A stretch of DNA of 64,000 nt from Podarcis pityusensis (Eukaryota). The notes beneath the pieces were generated by a model. It saw only the letters and a list, made by a program, of their open reading frames with translations. It did not search any database and was not told the origin of the DNA. The translations under genes were made by a program, and so were the position numbers. Positions 1-21,765 of the stretch are shown here, piece by piece (positions within the stretch are counted from its first letter, which is position 1; each line of letters opens with the position of its first letter). The stretch lies in NCBI GenBank assembly GCA_964106645.2, contig OZ067050.1; one strand, given 5' to 3'.

Positions 1-154
1 TATTGCGTTCTTTGTCTACATCCTTAGCCCACTGAGGCACCTGCTACGCTAATCTCTCAGTCACTACACAAATTTCAGTGAAATGCAGTTTTGCAAAAAC
101 ATTAAATTTGATGGATGGGATTTTTAAAACCCAATTTCGAAAGGGTGGTCTTTA

Positions 155-157
<3 letters not shown>

Positions 158-189
<32 letters not shown>
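158..189. repeat. (AC)n microsatellite; others at ~7733-7770 (TG/CG), ~35980-36043, ~44093-44134 (TA), ~50283-50315 (TG), ~62267-62298 (CA), ~63397-63441 (AAT)
   Basis: Directly visible. Confidence 0.95.
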
Positions 190-192
<3 letters not shown>

Positions 193-1969
193 GCTCCGTA
201 TAGATATTTCTTGATATATATTTGGAGACAGTCATGTAAACTATCGCATTGCCAGAATTCAGTCTTTTGGTTGTATCTAATCTTAGTCATAGAGTAGACC
301 CATTGAAGTCAATCAGTTTGATGTCAATGTGTCTACTTTGAGTACAACTTATCTGGCTACAACCCTTTGTATGCCCCCCCCCCCCAAGTCCAAAAGCATC
401 TCAATATAATAATACTGTATTCTGCTAACTATATTCCAAATAGCAGAATTCAGACTTGAAGTTTTGCAGGCCAATCAGATTTAGGAGAATGGACTGGAGA
501 CTCTTTCCTACCCAATCCCCAATTTGTTCTAGCTCTTCAAAGCCTCGTCCCACACCCCACAATCTTAGCATTTTTCTTCCTCATTAATGACCCCACCTGG
601 AAAGTTCAGCCATGTTGCCTCCTGCCCAGTAGGGGTTTCTCCCTTGCTCTTTTTGTCTTGTGGCAATAACCTTGGCTCCACCTGCCCCTTTCCCCAACAC
701 GCAGCATGAACGTTGCTCTAGAATGGCATGAGGGAGGATGTTTGGAGAGAGAGAAATTGTGTGGGATCTCGTGCAGCCTCACAGCAAGAAGGTGTCCAGA
801 CATGTCCAGGCCAGAAAAGGAGAGAGGAAAAGAATATATAACAACAATTGCTTGGGAAACGCTTGTTAAAAACATAACTCTGCCCGAAGGAAGAATCCTT
901 TTTACACACACACACACACAAACACTAAGGGGAAGGGAATAACTAATGGCTCTGCTCTCTTAATGTGCTCTCCCTGCCCCCTAGCAGAGCAACAAAGGCC
1001 CTTCCAGTGATTATGTCTTTTTACAAGCTTGGATTGGCTTCAGTTTTAAACTAAATCTGGGCATGGTATGGACTAGGCTATGGATCCTGATTTTTTGTTT
1101 TTATTTTTGGCATTGGGTTCTTCTTCTGAAAACCCTTATTCTTCTCATTAGTTAGGCCTGGGTTTCCCAAACTTGGGTCTTCAGCTGCTTTAGACTGCAA
1201 CTCCCATCATCCCTAGGTAGCAGGACCAGCGGTCAGGGATGATGGGAATTGTAGTAAAAAAAACTGCTGGCATCTCAAGTTTGGGAAACTCAGAGGTGGC
1301 AACAGATCCCCAAATTCAGGGTGCTGGGTGCAGGGGCTGGGCTGTAGTTAAGTACAGTGTTTCTGTACTTATTCAAAGCTTTATTTTCATTCTAAAAACA
1401 GGGTGAACAACTAGGGGTTAAAATCTATCTGGAACCTATCATGCTTTCACCTGGAAATCCTTCCCTCGGATCATGTATATTTGCAGAGGTTGTCTAGTGA
1501 GGGAAAGGCTCATGTTCAGAGGCATCCCTCAGCTAGCATAGAAGAATGCATGATTTGAGAATCAGTGAGTTGGCTGAAAACAAGTTTGAGGACTTTACAG
1601 TCCCTGCTGCTCCCTGTTCTAAATGCTGGTAACCAGACTGTGGTAACTCAGTGGTGATAAAAATGTTTTTAGGCAGGTTATGCTTAGTCATGGTGAGAGG
1701 AGGGAAAAACACCATGAGTGTTGTTATCTTTCCTATCACCTTTTACATTCTGAGGCATTTGAAGAAAGCGAAGCCCTGGTGAGCTGAGCCATGACTTCAG
1801 TTCGCAGCATGATTTCCAGGACAATTTACCCAGATATTATTAAGTCCCGTTCTTGGTGCTTTCCTGCCCGTGAGGGTGGCCGAATGTCCTGTTTTATAGG
1901 GGAAAGTCCTCTTTTTGAAGGGCTGTCCATCCCAAGTACAGTTTAAAGATAAAGAACCCTAAGAAAAGA

Positions 1970-2093
1970 GGAATAGCTCAGTCAGTAGAGCATGAGACTC
2001 TTAATCTCAGGGTTGTGGGTTTGAGCCCCATGTTGGGCAAAATAGTCCCGCACTGCAGGGTGTGGGACTAGATTATCCTTGTGGTCCCTTCCA
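1970..2093 (+). mobile_element. tRNA-Lys(CTT)-derived SINE with CR1-type tail
   Basis: tagctcagtcagtagagcatgagactcttaatctcagggttgtgggtttgagccccatgttgggc followed by a CR1-like 3' end. Confidence 0.85.
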
Positions 2094-2160
2094 GGCACAC
2101 ACACAAGGCATGTAATCACAGGATCCTCCACTATGGTGAGAAGTATTGTATTTCTATTCA

Positions 2161-2647
2161 CCGTATTTTTCGCTCTATAAGACGCACCTTTTCCCTCCTA
2201 AAAAGTAAAATGTGTGTGCGTCTTATGTGGCAAATGCAGGCTGCGCAGCTATCCCAGAAACCAGAACAGCGAGAGGGATCGCTGTGCAGTGCTCCCTCTT
2301 GCTGTTCTAGCTTCTGGCTTAGCCGCGCTCTGTCCCTTCCCCCACCTCTCACAAAAGCCAGCAAGAGCCGCATTCCCTTTAAAGAGCCGCGTGGAGCATG
2401 TGTGCAGCTCTTGGGGGCTTTTCCCCGAGGAGGGAGAAGGGCAACCCCTCAGTGATGGGCTGCCCTTCTCCTTCCTTGGGGAAAAGCCTGCAAGCGCCGC
2501 ACACACGCTCCACGCAGCTCGTGAAAGGGAGCACTGAGCAGAGCCTGGGATGCATACAGGCTCTGCTCAACGCTCCCTTTAAAGAATTTTTTCCCCTTGC
2601 GTTCCCCCTCTAAAAACTAGGTGCGTCTTATGGAGCGAAAAATACGG
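2161..2647. mobile_element. Tc2/mariner-like MITE with internal hairpin
   Basis: TIRs CCGTATTTTTCGCTCTATAAGACGCAC / GTGCGTCTTATGGAGCGAAAAATACGG; flanks CA / TA. Confidence 0.85.
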
Positions 2648-3710
2648 TAAATTATAGTTGTCATTTCTAAATTTGTGTGTATACACATAAAGGAGCATGA
2701 GTCATTTTAATGCAAATCTGCGCCCTTTCTTGTCCTCTTTTTTGTTTTTTTGGCGATGCTCATGCAGTCACTCTCCTGCCCATGGGTTTTCAGCATGCCT
2801 TCGAAACTGAACTAGTGCACTGGACACTCGCAATCCACATGGAAACAGCAGCATCCAGAGTCACCGCTAGCTAACAACAGTAGCCAGTCCCCATGTGCAG
2901 ACTCCCTTTCTCTCCTTTTCCTATTACCTGTGACCTTTGCTGAGGAACTGCTTTCGCTGTAGGAGAACAGCACAAGGCCAAAAGTGCGGTGTCAAAATAG
3001 CCTCGGGCCCCAGAAAACAGCCCTGACCCAAATTGTCCAAGACGAGGTACGTGTGTGTGTGTGCAAGTAAATCTCGACAAACTTAGCGATGTGGATAAGC
3101 TCAGTAGCCCAAACCTTCCGGAAAAGCTGAGGATTAAATGTGAACGCGGGTGGCGTCGGCGTACCCGAGCAGGAGAAGGCAACTTAGCCAGCCCCAAATT
3201 AGTAGGCCGACATTTCCCTTCTGGGCGCGAAGGAGGAGATCCCACAAAGCAGCTGGCTCGTGGCTGGATCTGCCGTGTGCGTTTCGTGCAACACGCTGTC
3301 CATTGAGCGATTGCCAAATGCCGAAGACACCTGCTGCTTTCCCACACCCACTTCTCTCTCTCTCGCCCGCCACTCTCTTCGCCTCGGGGGAAAGCTCAGG
3401 CAGGGGGAGGCGGGAGCAGTTCCCAGAAGCCAGAGAAGCAGGCCGAGCCAGGATTCCAAAGAGATGGCCCAATTGTGTGGGGCAGAGAAGAGGGTGTGTT
3501 GTACACCTGTCTCCTTTGCTACCCGGGCCTTATACATTTCGATTTGATTGGATTTACACTTCTCTCACGAGTCTGTGTTGTGCATTCCGGCTGCTGTTGC
3601 CTGTGATTTTAAGTGAAATCTTAACATTTTTTTAAAAATACAGAACTGTCATCGCTTGTCAGGAAAATCCCCTCTCAATTTCTCCCCACAGTATTTTTAG
3701 GGTGTTAATC

Positions 3711-3826
3711 AGAGCTGGAAGGGAACATAACCTAGTCTAATCCCCTGCAATGCAGGAATCTTTTGCCCAACATGGGGCTCAAACTCACAACCCTGAGATT
3801 AAGCGTCTCATTCCCTACCTACTGAA
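3711..3826 (-). mobile_element. tRNA-Lys-derived SINE with CR1-type tail (degraded)
   Basis: Reverse-complement match to the 1970-2093 copy. Confidence 0.8.
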
Positions 3827-6800
3827 ATTTCCCAGCTGTCTCTCCTCTGGTGGAGGAGGCAGATCTGAATGTATGGAGCTGAGTGTTTGGTGGCCGAGGA
3901 AGCAGGTTGTTTTCTTGCTGTCTCCACCCTCCCCCATCCGAAAACCCTATTTTAAAAATGAAACGGCTTGTGTTTTGTATTAAGGATTATTGCAATTACT
4001 TTCCTACCCCACCCTAGCCCGAGATCGGTGAAGCCCTTGAGCAAATAATAACAAGAACTGGATTTCCCCGCTAGCTGAAGTGTAATGAAATTAAAAGGAA
4101 GGGATTTTTAGGGAGGGAAGTAAATACGAAACAAGCAGGGTGAAAGGGTTATAGATCTCAGCCTGGAGTCTTGAAACCTCAAAACTCAGGTTTCTGTTCA
4201 TAGCTGGAGGTACTGGTGGTCCTGTTGCCAACTTTTGCTGACTTTTGCTGACTGCTCGAGACCCTCAGTCGCTTCTGGGGTCCCTCCGGGATTAGGGACC
4301 CTGAAGTGTAAACTTCATTAGTTTCATAGCAGATCCGCCCCTGCTTCTAGCCCAGATTACTGAGCTGCTGCTATTACCTTGGCATAGTATGTGGTTACAG
4401 CCAAGGGCATTCAAGGTGCCCTCCCTGGCTTTATTGGACACAAACAGACAGCTGGGTTAAATTTCCTCACATCCTTCAGTTCCTTAAGCTAGGACTTTGT
4501 TGTTTTTTTAAAAGGCAAATCCATCCTGTCTGCCTCACAAATCCTGTTTCTTAATCCTAAATGTGTGAGGTCAGTATGTGGTTACTTGGTGGTGAAAGGA
4601 AAAGCATTTTGTGCATGCTCAGAGGCGTTTTTCTTGTAACTGGCATTCCTCATTTTGGGCCCTGGTGCTGAAAGTAGATTCCAGGGCTCAGCCTTGGCAC
4701 AAGTGAAGCCCTTTCTATCCCCCAAGAAGAACTCCACACCGGCCAACCCATCACCCATATTAGGGTTTTCTGTCTTTCACCACCTCCTGCTTTTTTATTC
4801 TGGATTTGGCCAGTGAGAAGAGAGACAAAGAAGCTGCCAGCTGCTTTTGCTTGCTGGACTGAGAGATTCGAAGCCTGACACTTTAAAATTTACACAGTTC
4901 TGTTTCCTTTGCTTTTTCCATTTGACAACAAACAAAAATCAGCCAAGCCATCTGTAAATCTTGTGACTCTGGGAAGCTTACCCTCTCACGTCATTTCCCA
5001 CAGTTTGTGGGAAGAGCAGAGGTCTGGAAATTCTACAATAAAAGATTTTTCAGGAGCCGGCCTAGTACCCTTTCCCCGAACCCCCTGCCAGTAGAGGTAC
5101 TAAAGATCTGCAAAAGGAAGCAATAAATCTCACTCTGCTTTTTTGCTGGTCAATTTCCTTTTGGAGAAACATTCCCATGAAGTTTTCACATTTTTCTTCA
5201 CAGCCATGAGGACTGGAAACTTGTTTCAATTTAAAAAGTTGGGGAAAACAGAAAGATTAACAAATTCAGACGGCAATCCCTGCTAGGAAGTCATTCCCAG
5301 TGAAATAAATAACAGTTGTTACAATGATACAGTGCTTACAATGATTGAGCTATCTGTCTCAAATTTGCCCATCAGTTAGAAGTTTACATGACAATTTGAG
5401 ACTCCTTGGTGGCTTCTTATCCTTATGATCCCAGAAGGCAACATATAGAATGGCTCATTTCCAAAGGCTATTGAGTAACTGGTTTTGTAGGTAGCCACAG
5501 CACCCATCACTCAAGTTACTAGAGGGCTGGTCAGCTTAGAAGCACCCATATGACCTGCTATGTTATGGGATCAGTAGTGGAGCAAACTGTTTTGTAGGAC
5601 CTCGTTCTCTTCCCCCCATCCCCAAGTGTGCTAAAGTAGAGCAGCTATAGGGATGCAGAAAAAGGCTATGGCACTATTATGACAAAACCAGAATATTCTG
5701 TTTTTACGTCTGGAAATATTATTGAGGGTTAGTTATTGTTCCAAATGAAAATAAAGGCTGGGCACACACCGAATATTGAAAACGCATGACTGCGCCCTGC
5801 CTCACCCCGCAAAGAACATTGGGAAATGCAGTTTGTTAAGGGTGCTAGGGGGGCATTGCAGCTTTTTGAGGGATAAGCTAAAGTTCCCAGGATTCTTTGG
5901 GGTGGAGAGTCGTGTGCTTTAAGTAAACGGTGTGTACATGGCCTAAAAGTCTCCAGGTTAGCAGAACTACAGCCGTTGCTTTGGTAACAACGATCCCCTC
6001 CCTGACCTGTTCCAACCCAGCTTTTGTTTCTTTCTTGACTTGGCCAGGAGGCAGAAGGCATGTGTTTGTGGGGAGGCAGAGGAGAGAGAGGTATGTAACA
6101 GCAGGTAATCCAGCTGTGCCATTAAGTCATAATTAGAGGATGTCTTTTTAACGAGGGCTAGCGATTGCCTTTAAAAAAATATATCAAAAGCTGTAAAATC
6201 TCAGGATGTACAGCTCTGGGACGGTTGCTATAGCAACCACCAAATCCTCCCTCACCTGTCCCAGGCATCCCAGGCCTCTTGTATGTCTTGACTTGACTGA
6301 ACCAGGAAGAGGAGTGCAGTAGAAAAATGTAATATTAATAAATCTTCCTTGGCAAATGTGTGTGTGGATGCGTGTTAGAACTGCATAGAACTGCTTCTTT
6401 GCCCGTTAATGGGATATCCCCAGTAAATCAGGAGCCTTTTGGCTGGTTTCTGTGAGTTTAATAATGGACTTGGAATTCATGGTGGGGGTACTTTGAAAAA
6501 TGGGACTTACCACTTTCTAGGAGTTCGTAGCTCCTCCCTAGGGAGTGGGGTGGGATGTGCTGCTTAAAGACCGAGAGGAAAAGTTGGAAGTGAATTACAT
6601 TTTATTTTAGGAATAAGTTTGGAGTGCTGGAGACCATCCATGAAATATTCCATACTTTTAAAGGCCTTTTTAGACACCTAGTCCCTCCCAAACATCTCTG
6701 TAGCTTGTAACTCAGGTGAAGAGTAGAGGGGCAGTGGACATCTCCCCCCTCCATTAATCCTTCCTTAGCTTAACAACCTTAATTATTTTCACATTATGTA

Positions 6801-7732
6801 GGCTGATAGAGTATTAATTTAAACAGGGCAAAAAGAATATTCTGTTGCAGACTGCGTGGGAGTGTGTTGTAGTTGTGCATCTTAGAGCAAGGAGCTGAAA
6901 ACCAGAGTGAGAGGTGTTCCTGTCATGAAGCTAGCGCAGTTGGTAGATTCTGGATGCCATTAAGGCTAGCAGAGAGAAAATACAGACAGAACTGACCTTT
7001 GGTAGCGTATCTCATTCATTTCAATTAGGTTTGTGCAGGAGAACTTTCTGGTAGATTGTGCTTCCTATTCATTAATGGGTATAGAATGCTGGGATGTGGT
7101 GACTTTGTCTCAGGCACCAATATGACAGTTGATCTTCCTCCTCCAGTAGCAAATACATTAAATAGAATTTAAATGGAGTTTCACACCAGTTCAATACTTC
7201 GCATATATTTCTAAATGCAGGTTCCTGTTTGGGTGATGGAAGTTTCTGTATACAGCAAATTCAAAATCTGAGTATTGGAATGGAAATTTTGGCCCCGTCG
7301 TATGCAAATATTGGAATACATTACTAGTGTTGCTTAACAAATCACTCACACTCCCCCCCCCCCTGCAATCTTCAGCATATCTGTATTTTCCATGAAGGGA
7401 AAACTAGCAAAGCTTGTCCTTATAATACTTTGCTATTTGGGAAACCAAATGTTATATCTGAGTTTCAAAAAACGTATCTTTCTCAGGTTTTGGCCACAAG
7501 TTCAAATCACCAAAAAGTGGGCCTTGGCTCTTTCAACTAGACACTTTGAAAATACAGATACGGTAATTTCCCAAGAGATAACTTACCACGGTAAGCATGC
7601 AGCTAATTGGGGGAGAAATCAGAAATTTAGGAACCAGAGTGAGAAGGGAGTTTGCTAACTTGCTTCGTGCACAATGGGGTAACGTGCTTGCTTTTGGAAA
7701 GCTAAAAGCAGAAAAGGCATTCCTGGTAGGCA

Positions 7733-7768
<36 letters not shown>

Positions 7769-8781
7769 CGCACAGTGACACACAATAAGTCCCACTATGC
7801 TCACTGAGGCTTATTTTTGGGTAGGTGCCTAGAATTGCAGCCTTGAAATTCAAATATCCCATTTTTAAAACTTTGGACTTGCAATATCCTTACTGTGTGT
7901 GTGCATGTGTGTTTTGCTATGAATACTGCGACATACAGAGATGGATTTATTTGGGAGAATTACCCCCAAATAACTACAGGAAGCCAGGACCTCTCTGTCT
8001 TGATGGAGTTCGTTGGTTTGTTATCTGGTGCAGCAAAAGTAAAGTTCCGCAGCCTTAATAAGAATAAGAATAATGAAAAATGACTGATTTCAGTATGGAT
8101 GGTTGCCTGATGCTGGGATTGAAAGCTGTGAAATGTTGGCTTACTTTCACCTGGGTGTACTATTGTTCCTGGTAATGGTAAAATGCAACACATGATCTGC
8201 CCTTCTGTTTGATTTCTCTCTTCTCCTTCAGCACCCTGCTCCCATTCCCTTCATTCCTCTTCCAGTACGGTTTCTTACACACTGGGGAATATGCACTAGG
8301 ATTTGTCTAGCTGTGAAGTAAATTGGGGTGAAGACGTGGGGTTCTGTATTTTGTACCCTAATAAAAGAGTGTGTTTTCTACCCTACTTCTGTCTGTCTGC
8401 TTCAGCAGAAGGGCAGCAAACTGAGAGTATGTGGGCAAAGGGGGAACAGGCAGCGGTGAGTTTAGCCTTTTCCAAGGCAAATGTTTCATGCCTAAAAAGA
8501 GGTACTGGGAGGCAAGCAAGCTAAGCTCAATATCACGCCCTCTGAATTGGTAGTGTTACTTTCCTAATACCCAGTGTGAATGGTCTGTCTAGGGTTACTC
8601 TGTGGAAAAGTGTACCTAACACACCTGCCTTTTTATCAGTCCTTTAGATGGAAATCACAGGGCTCAAACAACGATGGATAACAGCTCACCAAGTCCCTAA
8701 AGCTTTGATACCTAAAACCATCACCACTTATTGCTACCCTGAAGCCATCTCCAAAGTAATATATCTCTAAAATATAACATA

Positions 8782-9137
8782 GGGACACAGGTGGCGCTGT
8801 GGGTTAAACCACAGAGCCTAGGGCTTGCCGATCAGAAGGTCAGTGGTTCGAATCCCTGTGATGGGGTGAGCTCCGGTTGCTCGGTCCCTGCTCCTGCCAA
8901 CCTAGCAGTTCAAAAGCACATCAAAGTTCAAGTAGATAAATAGGTACCGCTCCGGCGGGAAGGTAAACGGCGTTTCCGTGCGCTGCTCTTGTTTGCCAGA
9001 AGCGGCTTAGTCATGCTGGCCACATGACCTGGAAGCTGTACGCCGGCTCCCTCGGCCAATAAAGCGAGATGAGCGCTGCAACCCCAGAGTCGGCCATGAC
9101 TGGACCTAATGGTCGGGGGTCCCTTTACCTTTACCTT
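8782..9137 (+). mobile_element. Full-length Sauria SINE with 14-bp TSD
   Basis: gggacacaggtggcgctgtgggttaaacc head, B-box ggttcgaatccc, (ACCTTT)n tail; TSD TAAAATATAACATA at 8768-8781 and 9138-9151. Confidence 0.92.
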
Positions 9138-9808
9138 TAAAATATAACATATAAAACCAAAAAGGTGTAGAAACCTTGAAACTCAGTGCATGCATTGTAA
9201 ACTGCTGAAACCATTGCTGCTTGCTGACATTATTAACAAACATAAGTTAATTTACTTGCACAAGAGTAGAGTACATGCAAGGAGCTCTGCTTGGAAACTT
9301 TGGTTCTTACAAAACCTTGCTTGATTTTTATCCTAATTTGCTAATGACGTTGTTAAAGAAACCACAATGAAGACATACAGTGCTTTTACAACACGCTGTA
9401 TTAAAAGGCAACCCACAAGGTATTAGGCACTTGAGAGAAGGGAAGCAGTGCTTGGTGAATTAAAAAGGGAAGCCAGGATTAGGGAGCGGGGTGGGGGGAG
9501 GAATAAAATTTAGTTCAGATTTGTCGACAAATCTATCAAATTTTCAATTTACAAACAATACACAATCTGAAACACAGCCATCCTTTGTATTTGCACTACT
9601 ACGAATTTTGCTGTGCTATTCTTCAGCTGAGCAATGTGTACAAAAATGTACACTATAGGATAAAGTGTGCAGGGAAATGCATATATTCATAAAAATAGCA
9701 TACAAAATACATTATATCTGGGAAATGTGCATACAAAAATGTGTGCCTTAGGAGAAATTTGCGCTAAAATGCTGGCAGTTTTCCCCCCCATGTCCACTTT
9801 TTTGTATA

Positions 9809-10006
9809 CAGTGGTACCTCAGGTTACAGACGCTTCAGGTTACAGACTCCGCTAACCCAGAAATAGTACCTCGGGTTAAGAACTTTGCTTCAGGATGAGA
9901 ACAGAAATCGCGTGGTGGCAATGGGAGGCCCCATTAGCTAAAGAACAGTTTCAGGTTAAGAACGGACCTCCAGAACGAATTAAGTTCTTAACCTGAGGCA
10001 CCACTG
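9809..10006. mobile_element. Tigger/pogo-like MITE, family A (other copies 17308-17531, 24037-24260, 43734-43959, 57103-57318)
   Basis: TIR CAGTGGTACCTC(G/A)GGTTA, mostly TA flanks, five near-identical ~200-225-bp copies. Confidence 0.88.
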
Positions 10007-10660
10007 TATATAAAAAAGAAAAGCAAATTGATGTGAATAAAATATTGGAAAAATCAGAAACGGGGGGGGGGGGGCAGAGAAACAGGTTCGCCCATCCCTA
10101 ATAAGGATGCAGAAGACATATGCCAGGAACTGATTGTCGCCCAGATATTGTTGGGTGACAATTCCCATCATCCCTCAATCATCTGTCATGCTGGCTGGGG
10201 CTGTTGGGAGTTGGAGTCCAACCACATTGGAAGGGCCACAGATTCTTCGGCCCTAACGCATGTCCCATGACACTAAGTCTCAGGTGTCTAGTGACCAGTA
10301 CCAGTTTACTCCTAATATAGTGCATAACTAATTTATGGAAGTGCTGCCACAAATGGCGATAGCGGCCTCTAGCTTATACGGCTTTAAAGTGGGGTTTGGT
10401 CAAATTTATAGCAGCCTCCTCCAACCTGGTGCCTTCCATATGTTCTTTGACTCCAACTCCCATGAGCCCCAGCCATCCTGGCCAATGGTCAAAGGATGAT
10501 GGGAGTTGTAGTCAGGAAGGCATCAGGCCGGGGAAGGCTGTCATAGAGAATATTATATCCATCTCCTGGTTTTAGAGGCTCCATGCATTGGAATATCAGT
10601 TACTAGGAGACAATGGCGGCTGTTGTTTATTGCTGTCATTGTGGGCCATCTGGTTGACCA

Positions 10661-10788
10661 TCATAGAATTGTAGAGTCGGAAGGGACCATGAGGGTCATC
10701 TAGTCCAACCCCCTGCAATTCAGGAATATTTTGCCCAACGTGGGGTTCGAACCCACAACCGTGAGATTAAGAGTCTCATGCTCTACCA
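10661..10788 (-). mobile_element. tRNA-Lys(CTT)-derived SINE with CR1-type tail, 5' end cut by the gap
   Basis: Reverse complement tggtagagcatgagactcttaatctcacggttgtgggttcgaaccccacgttgggc followed by a CR1 tail ending ATTCTATGA. Confidence 0.85.
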
Positions 10789-10988
10789 NNNNNNNNNNNN
10801 NNNNNNNNNNNNNNNNNNNNNNNNNNNNNNNNNNNNNNNNNNNNNNNNNNNNNNNNNNNNNNNNNNNNNNNNNNNNNNNNNNNNNNNNNNNNNNNNNNNN
10901 NNNNNNNNNNNNNNNNNNNNNNNNNNNNNNNNNNNNNNNNNNNNNNNNNNNNNNNNNNNNNNNNNNNNNNNNNNNNNNNNNNNNNNNN
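10789..10988. other. Assembly gap (200 N)
   Basis: Run of exactly 200 N that cuts a SINE on its left side. Confidence 1.
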
Positions 10989-11379
10989 TTGCGAACCGCC
11001 CTGGGCTCTTCCAATGAGGAGTGGTAGACACATTGAACAAAAACAGCAACAATGGGGGTTCGTTGGGAGAATTTCCTGCCTCGTGAGAAGGCCTTTTTTC
11101 TTTTGTGCCCTAACCTTCTAGACTGTAATCCTGAGGGAAGAGTTGGTGTTGTTTTTATTTATCTCTGCGAGCGAAGAATTTTTTTTGGGGGGGGATATTT
11201 AAATAAAATAAAAATTATAGTAAAGCCGACTTCTTGTATTTGGACTTTCCAAACGAGCTATTTGGACTTTCCACCTCGGGGCCCCCAAACACCTTAAGTT
11301 GGGCCAGGTTTGCGTCTGCAGACACTTGAGTAACTTTTTTTTTTTTTTACTACTTCGCTTTGTCCACTCTTAAGAGAAA

Positions 11380-11740
11380 CCTGCGTTTCACGTCCTGGGC
11401 TCGGTACGTGATCGAAGGGCGCCCTCTAGTGTCCCTCTGGGGCAACGACAGCATCACGCACCCACCCCAAGCCCCACACACGCTTTCTTAATAAATCATC
11501 CAGGCAGCTCCAAACATAAGCTGGCCCTAGCGCCGCCGGTTCTCCGATGCCGTCTTCAGCTTTGCAAAGTTTGACCCCGGTTCGCTGCAGACGGCGGACA
11601 CGTCTCCTCCCTGAACGCGACAGATCCGGAAGACGCGGTGGGGGAAGGCTAGTCGGGGCTCCTGCATCGGAAGCCTGTAAGAGCCGTGGGGGATTGGGGG
11701 CTGGTGGGAGGGAGTGCACGCGCGAGAAAGGGATTTTATC
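11380..11740 (+). promoter_or_regulatory. Probable SCRN2 CpG-rich promoter / non-coding exon 1
   Basis: Local CpG enrichment and an ETS-like CCGGAAG ~1.2 kb upstream of the ATG exon, which begins at an acceptor (tgtag|, 12812). Confidence 0.45.
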
Positions 11741-12702
11741 AAGGGATATAATATTTTATCAAGGGCTAGAATATAACTCAGCAGGCCCTGGGCAAAGCAG
11801 AAGGGGGAACAGCTGCAAGCGTAATAGCAAATAGTAAACGGACCAGCATGGTGAATCGGCTCGATTGTAGCTGGAGAAAGAGGAGGAGGAGGAGCGAATG
11901 AGCCGTTTCAAAAAGGGATATATTGCGAAGGGCCTGCGAGAGTTAGGAAAAAGTGCAATAGTCACCGCCAAGCCCTGGCTGCTGCAGGGGTTGGGGGAGG
12001 TAGGGTGATCTTTGTAAAGTATCATTGAGCAGGGACCCCACCCCGCAAGGCCTGCTAGGATAGACGTGGGTGAGTCGGTGGGTGCATAATAATAGTAATT
12101 AATTTTATTATTTGCACCCCACCCATCTGGCTGGGTTGCCCCAGCCACTCTGGGAGGCTTCCAACATAGATAGAAGCATAATAAAACATCAAACATTAGA
12201 AACTGCACCGTGGCACATGCCCTCTTATTGTGCATGCCATGAAAAGGTTACAGGGTACAAGGTTCTCTGCCATGCATAGCACACACTGGAGAGGGAGCTG
12301 GGCTTTAAATGTTGCCAAAAAAAAAGGCTTGTGAAAAGTTTGGGCCCTGCAAAGGGGTTGGGGGAGGGAGAACATTAGGAAGCAGGGGCATCCAGGGCTT
12401 TTTTCAGCTGGAACTCGCTGGAACTGAGTTCCGGTGCATTTCAGATGGGTGCCTTGCCATTATTGGTGAGTTCCAGCACCTCTTTTTCCAGCACCTCTTT
12501 TCATACAGGTGTTTGTAGGAGTGGCATATAAGCATTTTAAGGAGCCTGCTGTCCCTGTTTGTGACGGCTATCTTTGCATACCTTGAGCTGATAAAGCTAC
12601 AATCCTAACCTCACTTGTTAGGGAGTAGGTCACACTGAATTCAACAGGGTTTCGTTTTGAGTAGGCATGCTTAGCACTGCATTGCACAGTAGCTTCAAAT
12701 AA

Positions 12703-21765
<9,063 letters not shown>

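Noticed and set aside
2871-3635. Cluster of 80-160-aa ORFs as SP6 or another gene
   Set aside because: No zinc fingers or other recognisable motif; overlapping ORFs in many frames reflect GC content.
10731-10788. Functional tRNA-Lys gene (also 1970-2040; tRNA-Ile at 36713-36790)
   Set aside because: Each runs directly into a CR1-derived tail with no oligo-T terminator, and the complete copies have disrupted stems. These are SINE heads.
10700-11052. ORFs spanning the N run
   Set aside because: Artefacts of translating the gap.
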